Assembly (NCBI GenBank): GCA_046754105.1
Contig: JBHHVD010000037.1
Span: forward strand, 1-28,808
Length of the DNA stretch: 28,808 bases
Source of the DNA: Candidatus Krumholzibacteriia bacterium
GTDB taxonomy: Bacteria; Krumholzibacteriota; Krumholzibacteriia; WVZY01
Direction: 5' to 3'
Shown here: positions 8,072 through 16,057 of the stretch, piece by piece
Position numbering within the stretch: position 1 is the stretch's first letter
Layout: every line of letters starts with the position of its first letter
Notes under the pieces: model-generated
Database searches by the model: none
What the model saw: the letters and a program-made list of their open reading frames with translations, nothing else
What the model was told of the DNA's origin: nothing
Translations under genes and position numbers: made by a program

Positions 8072-9484
8072 TTGTCGCAAATCCTCGAACGCTTTGAATC
8101 ATTTGTCGGTTTCCTCTCGGGTATCGTATGGGGGGTGCCGTTCCTGGTACTGCTGATCGGTACCGGGGTTTTTCTGACGGTCTATTTCCGGTTCGTACAG
8201 ATCCGCAGGTTCAAACACAGCGTCGAGGTCATACGGGGCAGCTACGACGACCCCGACGAGGAAGGCGACCTCAGCCACTTCCAGGCGCTTTCATCGGCCT
8301 TGTCGGCGACGATCGGCATTGGCAATATCGCCGGCGTCGCCACGGCCATCCACTACGGCGGCCCCGGGGCGCTCTTCTGGATGTGGGTCACGGCGTTTGT
8401 GGGAATGGCCACCAAAGGCGTCGAATGCTACCTCGCCCACAGGCACCGTATCCTCAACCCGGACGGCACCGCATCCGGCGGCCCTATGTATTACATCGCC
8501 AACGGCATGGGACGAAACTGGAAATGGCTGGGGGTGGCGTTCGCCTTTCTCGCCGCCTTCGCCAGCCTGGGCAGTGCGGACATGGTGCAGTCGAACACGG
8601 TCAGCCAGATACTCGCCAAGGACCTCTCGATCCCCACGTGGGTGACCGGCGGCTTCATGGCGTTCCTGGTGGGTATCGTCATCATCGGCGGCATTCGCCG
8701 CATCGGCCACGTGGCCTCGCGACTGGTGCCTACTATGGCGGTACTCTACTTGCTTGGCGGCGCGATCGTGCTGCTGCTCAACCTCGGAGCGCTCCCCGAC
8801 GCCGTCGCCCTCATCTTCGCCAAGGCATTTACCCCCCAGGGGGAGATCGGCGGATTCGCCGGCTCCGCGTTCCTGTTGACGCTGACCTGGGGCTGCAAGC
8901 GCGGGCTGTTCTCCAACGAGGCGGGCCAGGGTTCCGCCCCCATCGCCCACGCGGCCGCCAAGACACGGGAATCGGTGCGAGAGGGGATCGTGGCGCAGAT
9001 CGGACCGTTCGCGGATACGATCGTCGTGTGTTCGATTACGGGCCTCGTCATCATCAGTACCGGGGCGTGGCACGCCGGCCTGGACGCGGACGGCAATCTA
9101 CTAAACGGCGCCGCGCTGACGGCGTGGGCATTTCAAAAGGGCCTGTCACCGCTCTTGGCCAACGGCCACTACATCGTAACTATCGCCGTGCCGCTCTTCG
9201 CCTACTCGACGATGATCTCGTGGTCCTATTACGGCGACCGCAGCGTGAGCTTTTTGTGGGGGCGAAAGGCCATCACCCCCTACCGCTTTGTCTTCGTAGT
9301 GTTCACGTTTATCGGCGCCACGCTGTCGCTGCCACTGGTGTGGGCGATGGCGGACGTCTCCAACGGCCTCATGGCCGCGCCCAACCTGATCGCGATCCTC
9401 TTCCTGTCGCGCGTCGCCAAACGGGAATACCGGGAATATTTCGATCGTATGGCCGCATCGCCACAAGCGGGCCGGCGGCGGTAA
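8072..9484 (+). CDS. Alanine/glycine:cation symporter (AGCS) family protein
   Basis: ALSATIGIGNIAGVATAI..GGPGALFWMW, GGPMYYI, RGLFSNEAGQGSAPIAHAAA, DTIVVCSITG, FAYSTMISWSYYG. Confidence 0.95.
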   Translation: MSQILERFESFVGFLSGIVWGVPFLVLLIGTGVFLTVYFRFVQIRRFKHSVEVIRGSYDDPDEEGDLSHFQALSSALSATIGIGNIAGVATAIHYGGPGALFWMWVTAFVGMATKGVECYLAHRHRILNPDGTASGGPMYYIANGMGRNWKWLGVAFAFLAAFASLGSADMVQSNTVSQILAKDLSIPTWVTGGFMAFLVGIVIIGGIRRIGHVASRLVPTMAVLYLLGGAIVLLLNLGALPDAVALIFAKAFTPQGEIGGFAGSAFLLTLTWGCKRGLFSNEAGQGSAPIAHAAAKTRESVREGIVAQIGPFADTIVVCSITGLVIISTGAWHAGLDADGNLLNGAALTAWAFQKGLSPLLANGHYIVTIAVPLFAYSTMISWSYYGDRSVSFLWGRKAITPYRFVFVVFTFIGATLSLPLVWAMADVSNGLMAAPNLIAILFLSRVAKREYREYFDRMAASPQAGRRR

Positions 9485-9648
9485 CTTCTCCTGGTGTCCC
9501 CTCCCGGAAGTTCCTTCACTCGGGCTCGCCTTCGTGCGGGTGGCGCCGGTGGGCCTCCCGCCGCGCGCGGTGATAACGAGCACGGTGGGGGTGATCGGCG
9601 ACAAGGACCCGCGCCAAAAAGACGCTGTGACTCAGGATGGCATACTTG

Positions 9649-9675
9649 AGAAAGAGCCGCCGGTCGGCCGGCGGC
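9649..9675 (-). terminator. Probable intrinsic terminator of the methyltransferase gene
   Basis: Minus strand GCCGCCGG-CCGA-CCGGCGGC followed by TCTTTCT, 10 nt after the stop. Confidence 0.55.
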
Positions 9676-9685
9676 GGCAAATGTG

Positions 9686-10525
9686 TTATTCCTGCGGGGA
9701 GGCGACGATCAACGCGTTCCATCCGGGGCAGTTCTCCGCCTCGACGACGCGGCGAAAGTCGCCGTCGCCCTCTCCGGTGTCGGGATCGATCCCCTCCCAA
9801 TAGACGTCGCTGCGGGCGAAACCCGCCTCCGCCATCAGCTCGCGCACCTCGGGTATCGTCCATAGCCGCCAGTCATAGGTGAACGCTTCCTTGATACCAC
9901 CTCCGTCGTGAAAGCGGAAGTGGATTTGGAAACGGGTCGCGTGGGAGAGAGGATCGTAGCGACGCTGCTGCCAGACGTAGGTGAAACCCTTGTTACGAGT
10001 CTTGTCGGTCACTTCCATCTGGGATTCCCACCCACCGAAGATATCGACGACGAGGATCCCGTCCGTGGCGAGGGACGCGTGCGCGTTCTCGAAATACTCC
10101 CGCAACTCGCGGCGGGTCTTGAAGACGAAATAAGAGAAATTAAGTGCCGCGATCACGTCCACTTTCGGCTCGCGCACGTCGAGGACGTTGGCGTGTATGA
10201 GCCGGACCCGCTTCCGGTCGCCGTCCAGGGGGGCTATGTTGTTCTCCATCCCCCAGTCCAGCGTCGGCTTGTCGAGGTCTACGCCGACTGCTTCGTTTTC
10301 GGCATGCGTACGCACCCATTCGGCGGACAGAAGCGCCGTGCCGCAAAAATCCTCCTTCAGGATCCGCGGAGGCCGGCCGTTCTTTTTTTTATACACCCGC
10401 TCGAAAAACTTGACGTCCTCGTCCGGAGATTGGACGGCCATCTCGTAGAGACGGTGGACGTCACGTGTGTCAGGCCCCTTGCGCTTCTTCCTTTGAGGCG
10501 ATTTTCTTGCCGCGGTCGAACCCAT
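9686..10525 (-). CDS. Class I SAM-dependent methyltransferase
   Basis: LKEDFCGTA motif I, GVDLD motif II, DVIAALNFSY, DGILVVD; AAGGAG RBS. Confidence 0.85.
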   Translation of the reverse strand: MGSTAARKSPQRKKRKGPDTRDVHRLYEMAVQSPDEDVKFFERVYKKKNGRPPRILKEDFCGTALLSAEWVRTHAENEAVGVDLDKPTLDWGMENNIAPLDGDRKRVRLIHANVLDVREPKVDVIAALNFSYFVFKTRRELREYFENAHASLATDGILVVDIFGGWESQMEVTDKTRNKGFTYVWQQRRYDPLSHATRFQIHFRFHDGGGIKEAFTYDWRLWTIPEVRELMAEAGFARSDVYWEGIDPDTGEGDGDFRRVVEAENCPGWNALIVASPQE

Positions 10526-10644
10526 GTCTCTCCTTGCGCTTTTGTCGACGGGTCGATCGTACTCAATCCTGCGGAAGAATTCCAGAGCGTTTCGGCGCGG
10601 CGTCCGGATGACACGCGGCGTCGTGCGGCAGGACCGGAATCACC

Positions 10645-10673
10645 TTGCCAGGCCGTCTCGGCGCCGGTACAAT
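10645..10673 (+). promoter_or_regulatory. Sigma70-type promoter of the SGNH gene
   Basis: TTGCCA-N17-TACAAT. Confidence 0.6.
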
Positions 10674-10803
10674 GGGGTGTATCGAGCAGGGGCTATGACA
10701 CGTTTGCGTGGTCGGCGGGCGATCCCCGGATCGCCAATGCGAAAGGCCGGCTCACCGGGACCGCGATCGCCGGCTTGCTGGAGCCGGTCCGGAGGAGTAG
10801 TCA

Positions 10804-12051
10804 ATGGCCGTCCCTCGCTCGATTCTCCCTCGCGGGCGCCTGCGCGCGGGTGCCAAGAACCTCGCACTGAGTCTCGGTGCCCTCGTCGTGCTGCTCGCCG
10901 CTAGCGAACTCATCGTTCGCGCGTACTATTACCCCGAAAATCTCGGTACGGTGATCCGCTTCGACCCGGAACTCGGGTGGAGTCTCCGCCCCGATACCCG
11001 GTTGCGGAGCGTCGACTACCAGCGCGATCTCGACTTCCGCATCGAAATCAACTCACTCGGTATCCGCGAACGCGAGATCGAGTTGTCGCGAGAGAAGCAC
11101 GGCAAGCGCATCTTGTTTCTGGGCGATTCCGTCGCGTTCGGTGAGGGCGTCGAACAGGCATGGCGGCTCTCGGACTTTCTCGGGCGGGCGCTCGGAAATG
11201 ACGCGGAGGTCATTAACGCCGGCGTGCCGGGATGGGGTAATGACCAGGAACTGATCTACCTCGAATCGCGGGGATGGCTCTTCGAGCCCGATGTCGTCGT
11301 CCTCACCCTGACCATGGCCAACGACGTCATCAACAACATGCTCGACCACCTGTTCCTCGCCAGCGCCCCGAAGCCACGCTTCGTGCTCGCGGGCGATTCG
11401 CTGCGGCTGACGGACACGGACTTCGACGCGCCTTCGCCACCGGGGAGCGCGCGCTGGCGCGATGCGCTCAAGAAGAGCCGCTTGCTCCTCTTCGTCAAGC
11501 GGCGGCTGGACCGCGTACGATACAGCCGCATGGCGAAGCGGAGCGTTCCCCGCCTGCACCGAGGGTTCACGAAGAAGAGCCTCGAGGCGAACTACAGCCA
11601 CTGGTCGGTCTACCAGCGGGCCTACGGCCCGGAACTGGAGGGCGCCTGGCGGGTGACGGAGGCGATCGTGCGCCGCATGGCGGCGCGTTGTGAGGTCATG
11701 GGGGCGGAGTTGGTCGTGTTCGGGCTTCCGGCGCGCGTAGAGGTGGACGACGCATGGCGCCGCGACATGATCCACAGGTCCGGGATCAGCGCGGGCCTTC
11801 TCGATATGCGCCGACCCTACGCGAGGCTCGGCGCATTTTGCAGGCAAAACGATATTGCATTCCTTTACCCGCTCGCGGAATTCAAGAACGGCCTGGAGCG
11901 CCGGTATCTGTATTTCGAACACGACAATCATCCCAACCGTTTCGGTCACGCGCTGGCCGCGCGCGTGCTGGCCGAGGAATTGAAGAAACGCTACGGAATG
12001 CAATTCCATTTTGTAGACGCCGACCTGGCCGATCCCGGCGTTCTGCACTAG
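10804..12051 (+). CDS. Membrane-anchored SGNH/GDSL hydrolase family protein (AlgJ/AlgX-like)
   Basis: N-terminal TM, FLGDSVAFG (block I Ser), NAGVPGW (block II), ND (block III), DNHPN (block V); GGAGGAG RBS. Confidence 0.88.
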   Translation: MAVPRSILPRGRLRAGAKNLALSLGALVVLLAASELIVRAYYYPENLGTVIRFDPELGWSLRPDTRLRSVDYQRDLDFRIEINSLGIREREIELSREKHGKRILFLGDSVAFGEGVEQAWRLSDFLGRALGNDAEVINAGVPGWGNDQELIYLESRGWLFEPDVVVLTLTMANDVINNMLDHLFLASAPKPRFVLAGDSLRLTDTDFDAPSPPGSARWRDALKKSRLLLFVKRRLDRVRYSRMAKRSVPRLHRGFTKKSLEANYSHWSVYQRAYGPELEGAWRVTEAIVRRMAARCEVMGAELVVFGLPARVEVDDAWRRDMIHRSGISAGLLDMRRPYARLGAFCRQNDIAFLYPLAEFKNGLERRYLYFEHDNHPNRFGHALAARVLAEELKKRYGMQFHFVDADLADPGVLH

Positions 12052-12058
12052 GCCGGCG

Positions 12059-12087
12059 TTGAGTTTCGCGCCGCCTGGTGATATGCT
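12059..12087 (+). promoter_or_regulatory. Sigma70-type promoter (extended -10)
   Basis: TTGAGT-N17-TATGCT with TGn before the -10. Confidence 0.5.
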
Positions 12088-12131
12088 GTTCGGGGTCGGC
12101 AATCGCCCCCACTCGCAAAAGGAGCTTTTCC

Positions 12132-13013
12132 ATGCCTCACCGGGCACGCACCCTTTCCACGAAACACCTCGTCCTGTGCCTGGGCCTTGCGGCCGCGTTT
12201 ATCGTCCTCACGAGCTGCAGCAGCGCGCCGCGCAAGACCCAGCGAACCGGTATCAAGCTGAGCGAGGCATCGAAGGAGGCGGAAAAGAAGCCGGAAGACC
12301 AGAAGCCGCTACGCAAGAAGAAAGAAAAGGGCGAGAAGGACGATCCGATCGTCATCGACCGTGATGACGATGACGACACCGGTATCGGCATCGGACTGGG
12401 GTTCGCCGATTCCGGCTCGGACGACGACGATCTGCGGAGCGGCGGCGAGAAGGAGCGTGTGCACGTGGGAGTCATCGTTGGTGGCGGGTCACTCGGCAGC
12501 GATGAGTTGGACGGTTTTGGGCTCTTTGGTATCCAGGTGGGCCCGGATTTCTTCAACGAGCGCGTAAGGGTTGACATCCGCGGGCTCGTGATGCCGACCA
12601 ACCAGTCCGAACAGGCCACGCTGGGCTCGGGTCTCGATAATGAGATCGAATTCGCGGGCGACGTGGGCGGGCGGTTTTACTTAACACCCCGGCACACCTT
12701 TATGGGTCTCTACACGCACCTGGGCCTGCGTGTCGGGCATCTCTCCTGGGATTACAAGAATCCGATCCAGTTCGTCGGTACCGGCGGTCTAACGGAGACG
12801 ATCGGGGACGACGGCGTGGCGTTCTTCGCCGTGTTCGGCGGCGTCGGAGTGGGCCTCGCCCAGTTCCGCGCGGTTCACCTGGGCGCCAACCTGTCCTTCG
12901 GCTACAAGTCCTATTCCAGCACCACGAGCAAGGGATTCGAGAACAACGTGTTCTCAGACGAGCCGTTCACGCAACTCATGCTGGAATTTACCGGTTTCGT
13001 CGACTGGTTTTGA
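12132..13013 (+). CDS. Lipoprotein with probable C-terminal outer-membrane beta-barrel
   Basis: ATG 12132 after AAGGAG; lipobox LTS-C; charged linker; amphipathic Gly/aromatic strands; C-terminal Phe. Confidence 0.75.
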   Translation: MPHRARTLSTKHLVLCLGLAAAFIVLTSCSSAPRKTQRTGIKLSEASKEAEKKPEDQKPLRKKKEKGEKDDPIVIDRDDDDDTGIGIGLGFADSGSDDDDLRSGGEKERVHVGVIVGGGSLGSDELDGFGLFGIQVGPDFFNERVRVDIRGLVMPTNQSEQATLGSGLDNEIEFAGDVGGRFYLTPRHTFMGLYTHLGLRVGHLSWDYKNPIQFVGTGGLTETIGDDGVAFFAVFGGVGVGLAQFRAVHLGANLSFGYKSYSSTTSKGFENNVFSDEPFTQLMLEFTGFVDWF

Positions 13014-13043
13014 TCATGTCAACATGTTGACAACGACGCAACG

Positions 13044-13160
13044 CTAGAAGACAAAAAAACTCACACCCAGTTCGAAGCCCACGTACTGCGTGTCGAAGGT
13101 CACGAGCGCGTCGAGCGCCGGGACGTCCTTCATCGAGTCCTCCAGCTTGATGGAGCGAAC
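13044..13160 (-). pseudogene. C-terminal remnant of an outer-membrane beta-barrel gene
   Basis: Hand translation VRSIKLEDSMKDVPALDALVTFDTQYVGFELGVSFFVF-TAG, with genome-typical codons and a beta-signal-like end; frame closed by TAA at 13181-13179; no signal peptide. Confidence 0.55.
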
Positions 13161-13237
13161 CGTGGGGTTGCATGTGCGTTATAGCACACGGCGACGGTGG
13201 CGACAACGCGCGCCGCTGCGACAACGGGTAGCATAGC

Positions 13238-13271
13238 CCAGAGACCCGCGCCGCACGGCACGGGTCTCTGG
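13238..13271. repeat. Hairpin that is a near copy of the tRNA-Glu terminator stem
   Basis: CCAGAGACCCG...CGGGTCTCTGG 11-bp perfect arms; 13244-13267 matches 15823-15846 at 22/24 nt. Confidence 0.8.
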
Positions 13272-13306
13272 TTGGGTGACAAATCTCACCGAAACTCGAT
13301 CCCAGG

Positions 13307-13430
13307 TTACTTCAAAAGAACTGCCTTTCTTGCCAGCGAGCTCTTACCCGCGGTAAGACGGTAGAAATAGATCCCACTCGCGACCTCTCCCCCCCGTCGT
13401 CCCGGCCGTTCCATTCGGCCGTGGTATGCA
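13307..13430 (-). pseudogene. Frameshifted remnant of a FlgD-Ig / C-terminal secretion-sorting domain
   Basis: HTTAEWNGRDDG in one frame and GEVASGIYFYRLTAGKSSLARKAVLLK-TAA in another; shift lies in a G7 tract (C7 at 13389-13395); N-terminal part of the gene is missing. Confidence 0.8.
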
Positions 13431-13650
13431 GCGCTGCTTCGAGTAAGGCGCAACAACCGCGAGACTGGTCGTGGCAGAACGAGAAGGAGAGCCTTCCACG
13501 TGTTCGATAACATCGAGACACCTCCGTGCGAGTGGGTACACAACGGTAGTTTTACCATGATGACCGTTGAGCACGCAGTTTCAGAACGGCGACAATTTCA
13601 TTGAGAATGTCAGCTTTCAGCGGGTACCGGCGGGCCGGTCGGGTCCATTC

Positions 13651-13684
13651 AAAAGAGAAGCCCCGCCGTTTTTCGCGGGTCTTC
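13651..13684 (-). terminator. Probable terminator downstream of the beta-propeller gene
   Basis: Minus strand GAAGACCCGC..GCGGGGCTTC followed by TCTTTT. Confidence 0.55.
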
Positions 13685-13698
13685 GAGTTGGCAGCTCC
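13676..13698 (-). repeat. Degenerate duplicate of tRNA-Glu 3' end plus flank (att-like)
   Basis: GGAGCTGCCAACTCGAAGACCCG versus GGGGCTACCAATTCGAAGACCCG at 15862-15840, 20/23 identical, same orientation. Confidence 0.7.
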
Positions 13699-13746
13699 AA
13701 AATCACTCCCAGGTGGAACGGATGTGCGCGCGTGGGGACAGCGACG

Positions 13747-15606
13747 CTACTCGACACCTCCCGTTGTCGTCCTGATAATCGTCCCGCCGAATCCCACGGC
13801 GGTCCCCTTCAGCGCGTCGCTAAAGAAAATACCCTCCAGCGCCGGGAAGCCCCCCCTCGACGGCTCGCTCGCCCAGTTGCTTCCGCCGTCGGCGGTCCGC
13901 AGGATGGTAAGCCCGGATCCCACTGCCACCCCCGTCAGCCCGTCGGTGAAGAAGACGTCCAGGAGATCGACCGACGTTCCGCTTGGCTGCAGGGCCCAGT
14001 TGTTTCCGCCGTCCGTCGTGTGAACGATGGCGCCAAGAGCACCGACCGCGGTTCCCGTCAGCGCGTCGGCAAAGAAAACTGCATTGAGATTGTTACTGGT
14101 CGAGGACGGCTGGACGGTCCACGTCACTCCCCCGTCCGTCGTGTGGACGATGGTACCGGCCTGTCCCACGGCGGTTCCCGTCAGGGAGTCGACGAATGTA
14201 ACACCGGTCAACCGGATACCGAATTGTTGTTGAATCGTCCAGTTGCTCCCACCGTCCGTGGTCGTGAGAATCGTTCCCCCCAATCCCACGATGGTGCCCG
14301 ACGAGGGACCGGTAAGAACGACATCATAGAAATGGATGTTGGTCCCGCTGGGTTGCCTCGTCCAGCTGAGTCCGCCGTTGGTGGTACGCAGCACCGTACC
14401 CAGATCGCCCACGATGGTCCCGATGGAGGCATCCGCGAAGGAAACATCCCAGAGCCATTCCACGGTCCCGCTGGCCACGTTCGCCCATGTGCTACCGCCA
14501 TCGTTCGTACGGAGAATCGTGCCCTGGTCTCCCACCGCGATCCCCGTCGTGGCGTCCATGAACCAGACGCCGGTGAGAAACGCCCGCGACACGGCGCTGT
14601 TCCGGACGGTCCAGGTGTTGCTGCCGTCGGTGGTCCGCAAGATCGTACCCGGGTCAGTGCCAACGATGATGCCCGTGAACGTACTCGCAAAAGCGATCGC
14701 TCCGAAGTCATCGATGACTCCACTCGCCAGGGCCGTCCAGTTGTTCCCCCCGTCGGTCGTCCGGATGATCATGCCCGAGGCGCCGACGGCGATCCCCGTA
14801 AGCGCGTCGCTGAAGAAAACGTCACTCCCGTCGAACCCCGCCGGGCTCGTTTGCGGAACCCAGTTGCTTCCCCCATCCGTAGTGCGAAGAATCGTTCGCG
14901 CATCGCCGACCACCGTCCCCGTCAACGCGTCACTGAAAAACACGCCGGTAAGAATAAACGACGTCCCACTCGTCTGATTCGCCCACGTGCTTCCACCGTC
15001 GATCGTGTGAAGAATTGTGCCCGCGTCGCCGACGATCGTCCCGGTCATGGCGTCGGCAAGAAAAACATCCCAAAGCCATGCCATCGTCCCACTCGTTTGA
15101 ATCGTCCAGGTGCTCCCACCATCCGTCGTGCCAAGGATCGTGCCCGCCTCCCCAACTGCAACACCCGTCGTCGCATCGGCCAGGAAGACGGCCGAAAGGG
15201 CGTTTGTCGTCCCGCTGGTTTGAGTGGACCAGGTGCTGCCGCCGTCGCTCGTGCGCAGGATCGTACCCATTTCTCCAACCGCAATACCCGTCATCGCATC
15301 GGCGAAAGAAACCGCCGCCAGGCTGTTCGTCGTCCCACTCTTTTGAACCGCCCAGGTGCTTCCCCCATCGGTTGTGCGAAGGATCGTGCCGGCGAGCCCG
15401 ACGGCGACGCCGACTGTGGCGCTGGCAAAGTCCGCACCGTACAAGCCCCATACGGTGGGAAGCGGGTTTTGCCAGAACCACCCCGTCGGCCCCGTCGGAC
15501 CGCCACCGATTGGCGCGGTTGGGGCACCTCCGTCGCCACCGCAGGAAGCCAGGACCAGGCCCAGTGCTACGAGCGCGTATCGGAGTTGGATCGCGGATCG
15601 AGACAT
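13747..15606 (-). CDS. YCF48/BNR-type repeat beta-propeller lipoprotein (14 repeats)
   Basis: ATG at 15606 after AGGAGG; lipobox LAS-C; 14 repeats of about 41 aa with V.F.D..TG.AVG..GTILRTTDGG.TW. Confidence 0.9.
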   Translation of the reverse strand: MSRSAIQLRYALVALGLVLASCGGDGGAPTAPIGGGPTGPTGWFWQNPLPTVWGLYGADFASATVGVAVGLAGTILRTTDGGSTWAVQKSGTTNSLAAVSFADAMTGIAVGEMGTILRTSDGGSTWSTQTSGTTNALSAVFLADATTGVAVGEAGTILGTTDGGSTWTIQTSGTMAWLWDVFLADAMTGTIVGDAGTILHTIDGGSTWANQTSGTSFILTGVFFSDALTGTVVGDARTILRTTDGGSNWVPQTSPAGFDGSDVFFSDALTGIAVGASGMIIRTTDGGNNWTALASGVIDDFGAIAFASTFTGIIVGTDPGTILRTTDGSNTWTVRNSAVSRAFLTGVWFMDATTGIAVGDQGTILRTNDGGSTWANVASGTVEWLWDVSFADASIGTIVGDLGTVLRTTNGGLSWTRQPSGTNIHFYDVVLTGPSSGTIVGLGGTILTTTDGGSNWTIQQQFGIRLTGVTFVDSLTGTAVGQAGTIVHTTDGGVTWTVQPSSTSNNLNAVFFADALTGTAVGALGAIVHTTDGGNNWALQPSGTSVDLLDVFFTDGLTGVAVGSGLTILRTADGGSNWASEPSRGGFPALEGIFFSDALKGTAVGFGGTIIRTTTGGVE

Positions 15607-15748
15607 TGTCAACCTCCTGGAAGCAAGAGCCATCATCGCCGACCAAGGATGAGGGACTGTTTCGCAAGTACGGGGCGAGCGGTCACCCAACCGAAACCCG
15701 TGGAGGATTCCGGGACAACCCAGGGTCGATACGATGGGTATGTAGTTG

Positions 15749-15777
15749 ATTTTACGGGGAGAGCGACGCGTAAACAA
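15749..15777 (-). promoter_or_regulatory. Possible sigma70-type promoter of the beta-propeller gene
   Basis: TTGTTT-N17-TAAAAT just downstream of the tRNA terminator. Confidence 0.45.
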
Positions 15778-15815
15778 TTTGATTTAAGTCAGGTTTTCGT
15801 GACGCGCCTGACGGC

Positions 15816-15844
15816 AAAAAAAACCCGCACCTCACGGCACGGGT
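15816..15844 (-). terminator. Intrinsic terminator after tRNA-Glu
   Basis: ACCCGTGCC-GTGA-GGTGCGGGT with GNRA loop, followed by a T tract. Confidence 0.85.
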
Positions 15845-15852
15845 CTTCGAAT

Positions 15853-15927
15853 TGGTAGCCCCTAGGGGGATCGAACCCCTGTTTTATGGCTGAGAACCAT
15901 ACGTCCTAACCACTAGACGAAGGGGCC
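15853..15927 (-). tRNA. tRNA-Glu (CTC)
   Basis: GGCCCCTTCGTCTAGTGGTTAGGAC...TATGG-TTCTCAG-CCATA...GGTTCGATCC...GGGGCTACCA cloverleaf with encoded CCA. Confidence 0.97.
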
Positions 15928-15936
15928 ACAAAAAAC

Positions 15937-16010
15937 TGGTTGGCGAGGGAGGATTCGAACCTCCGTCGGCTGATCCAGAGTCAGCTGTCCTGCCACTAGA
16001 CGACTCGCCA
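15937..16010 (-). tRNA. tRNA-Gln (CTG)
   Basis: TGGCGAGTCGTCTAGTGGCAGGAC..GCTGA-CTCTGGA-TCAGC..GGTTCGAATCC..CTCGCCAACCA; U1-A72 pair. Confidence 0.97.
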
Positions 16011-16021
16011 AGTGATAGGGA

Positions 16022-16050
16022 AATCTATCAGGTCAACTGCGGCAAATCAA
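16022..16050 (-). promoter_or_regulatory. Sigma70-type promoter for tRNA-Gln/tRNA-Glu
   Basis: TTGATT-N17-TAGATT 11 nt upstream of tRNA-Gln. Confidence 0.6.
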
Positions 16051-16057
16051 GGGGCAA

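Noticed and set aside
13747..15606. Photosystem II assembly factor Ycf48, or a DGR target
   Set aside because: Repeat family is widespread in non-phototrophs and no photosynthesis genes are present; no reverse transcriptase or adenine-specific TR/VR pair seen
13567..15858. 763-aa plus-strand ORF
   Set aside because: Antisense to the propeller gene, Arg/Pro-rich, and overlaps the tRNA terminator
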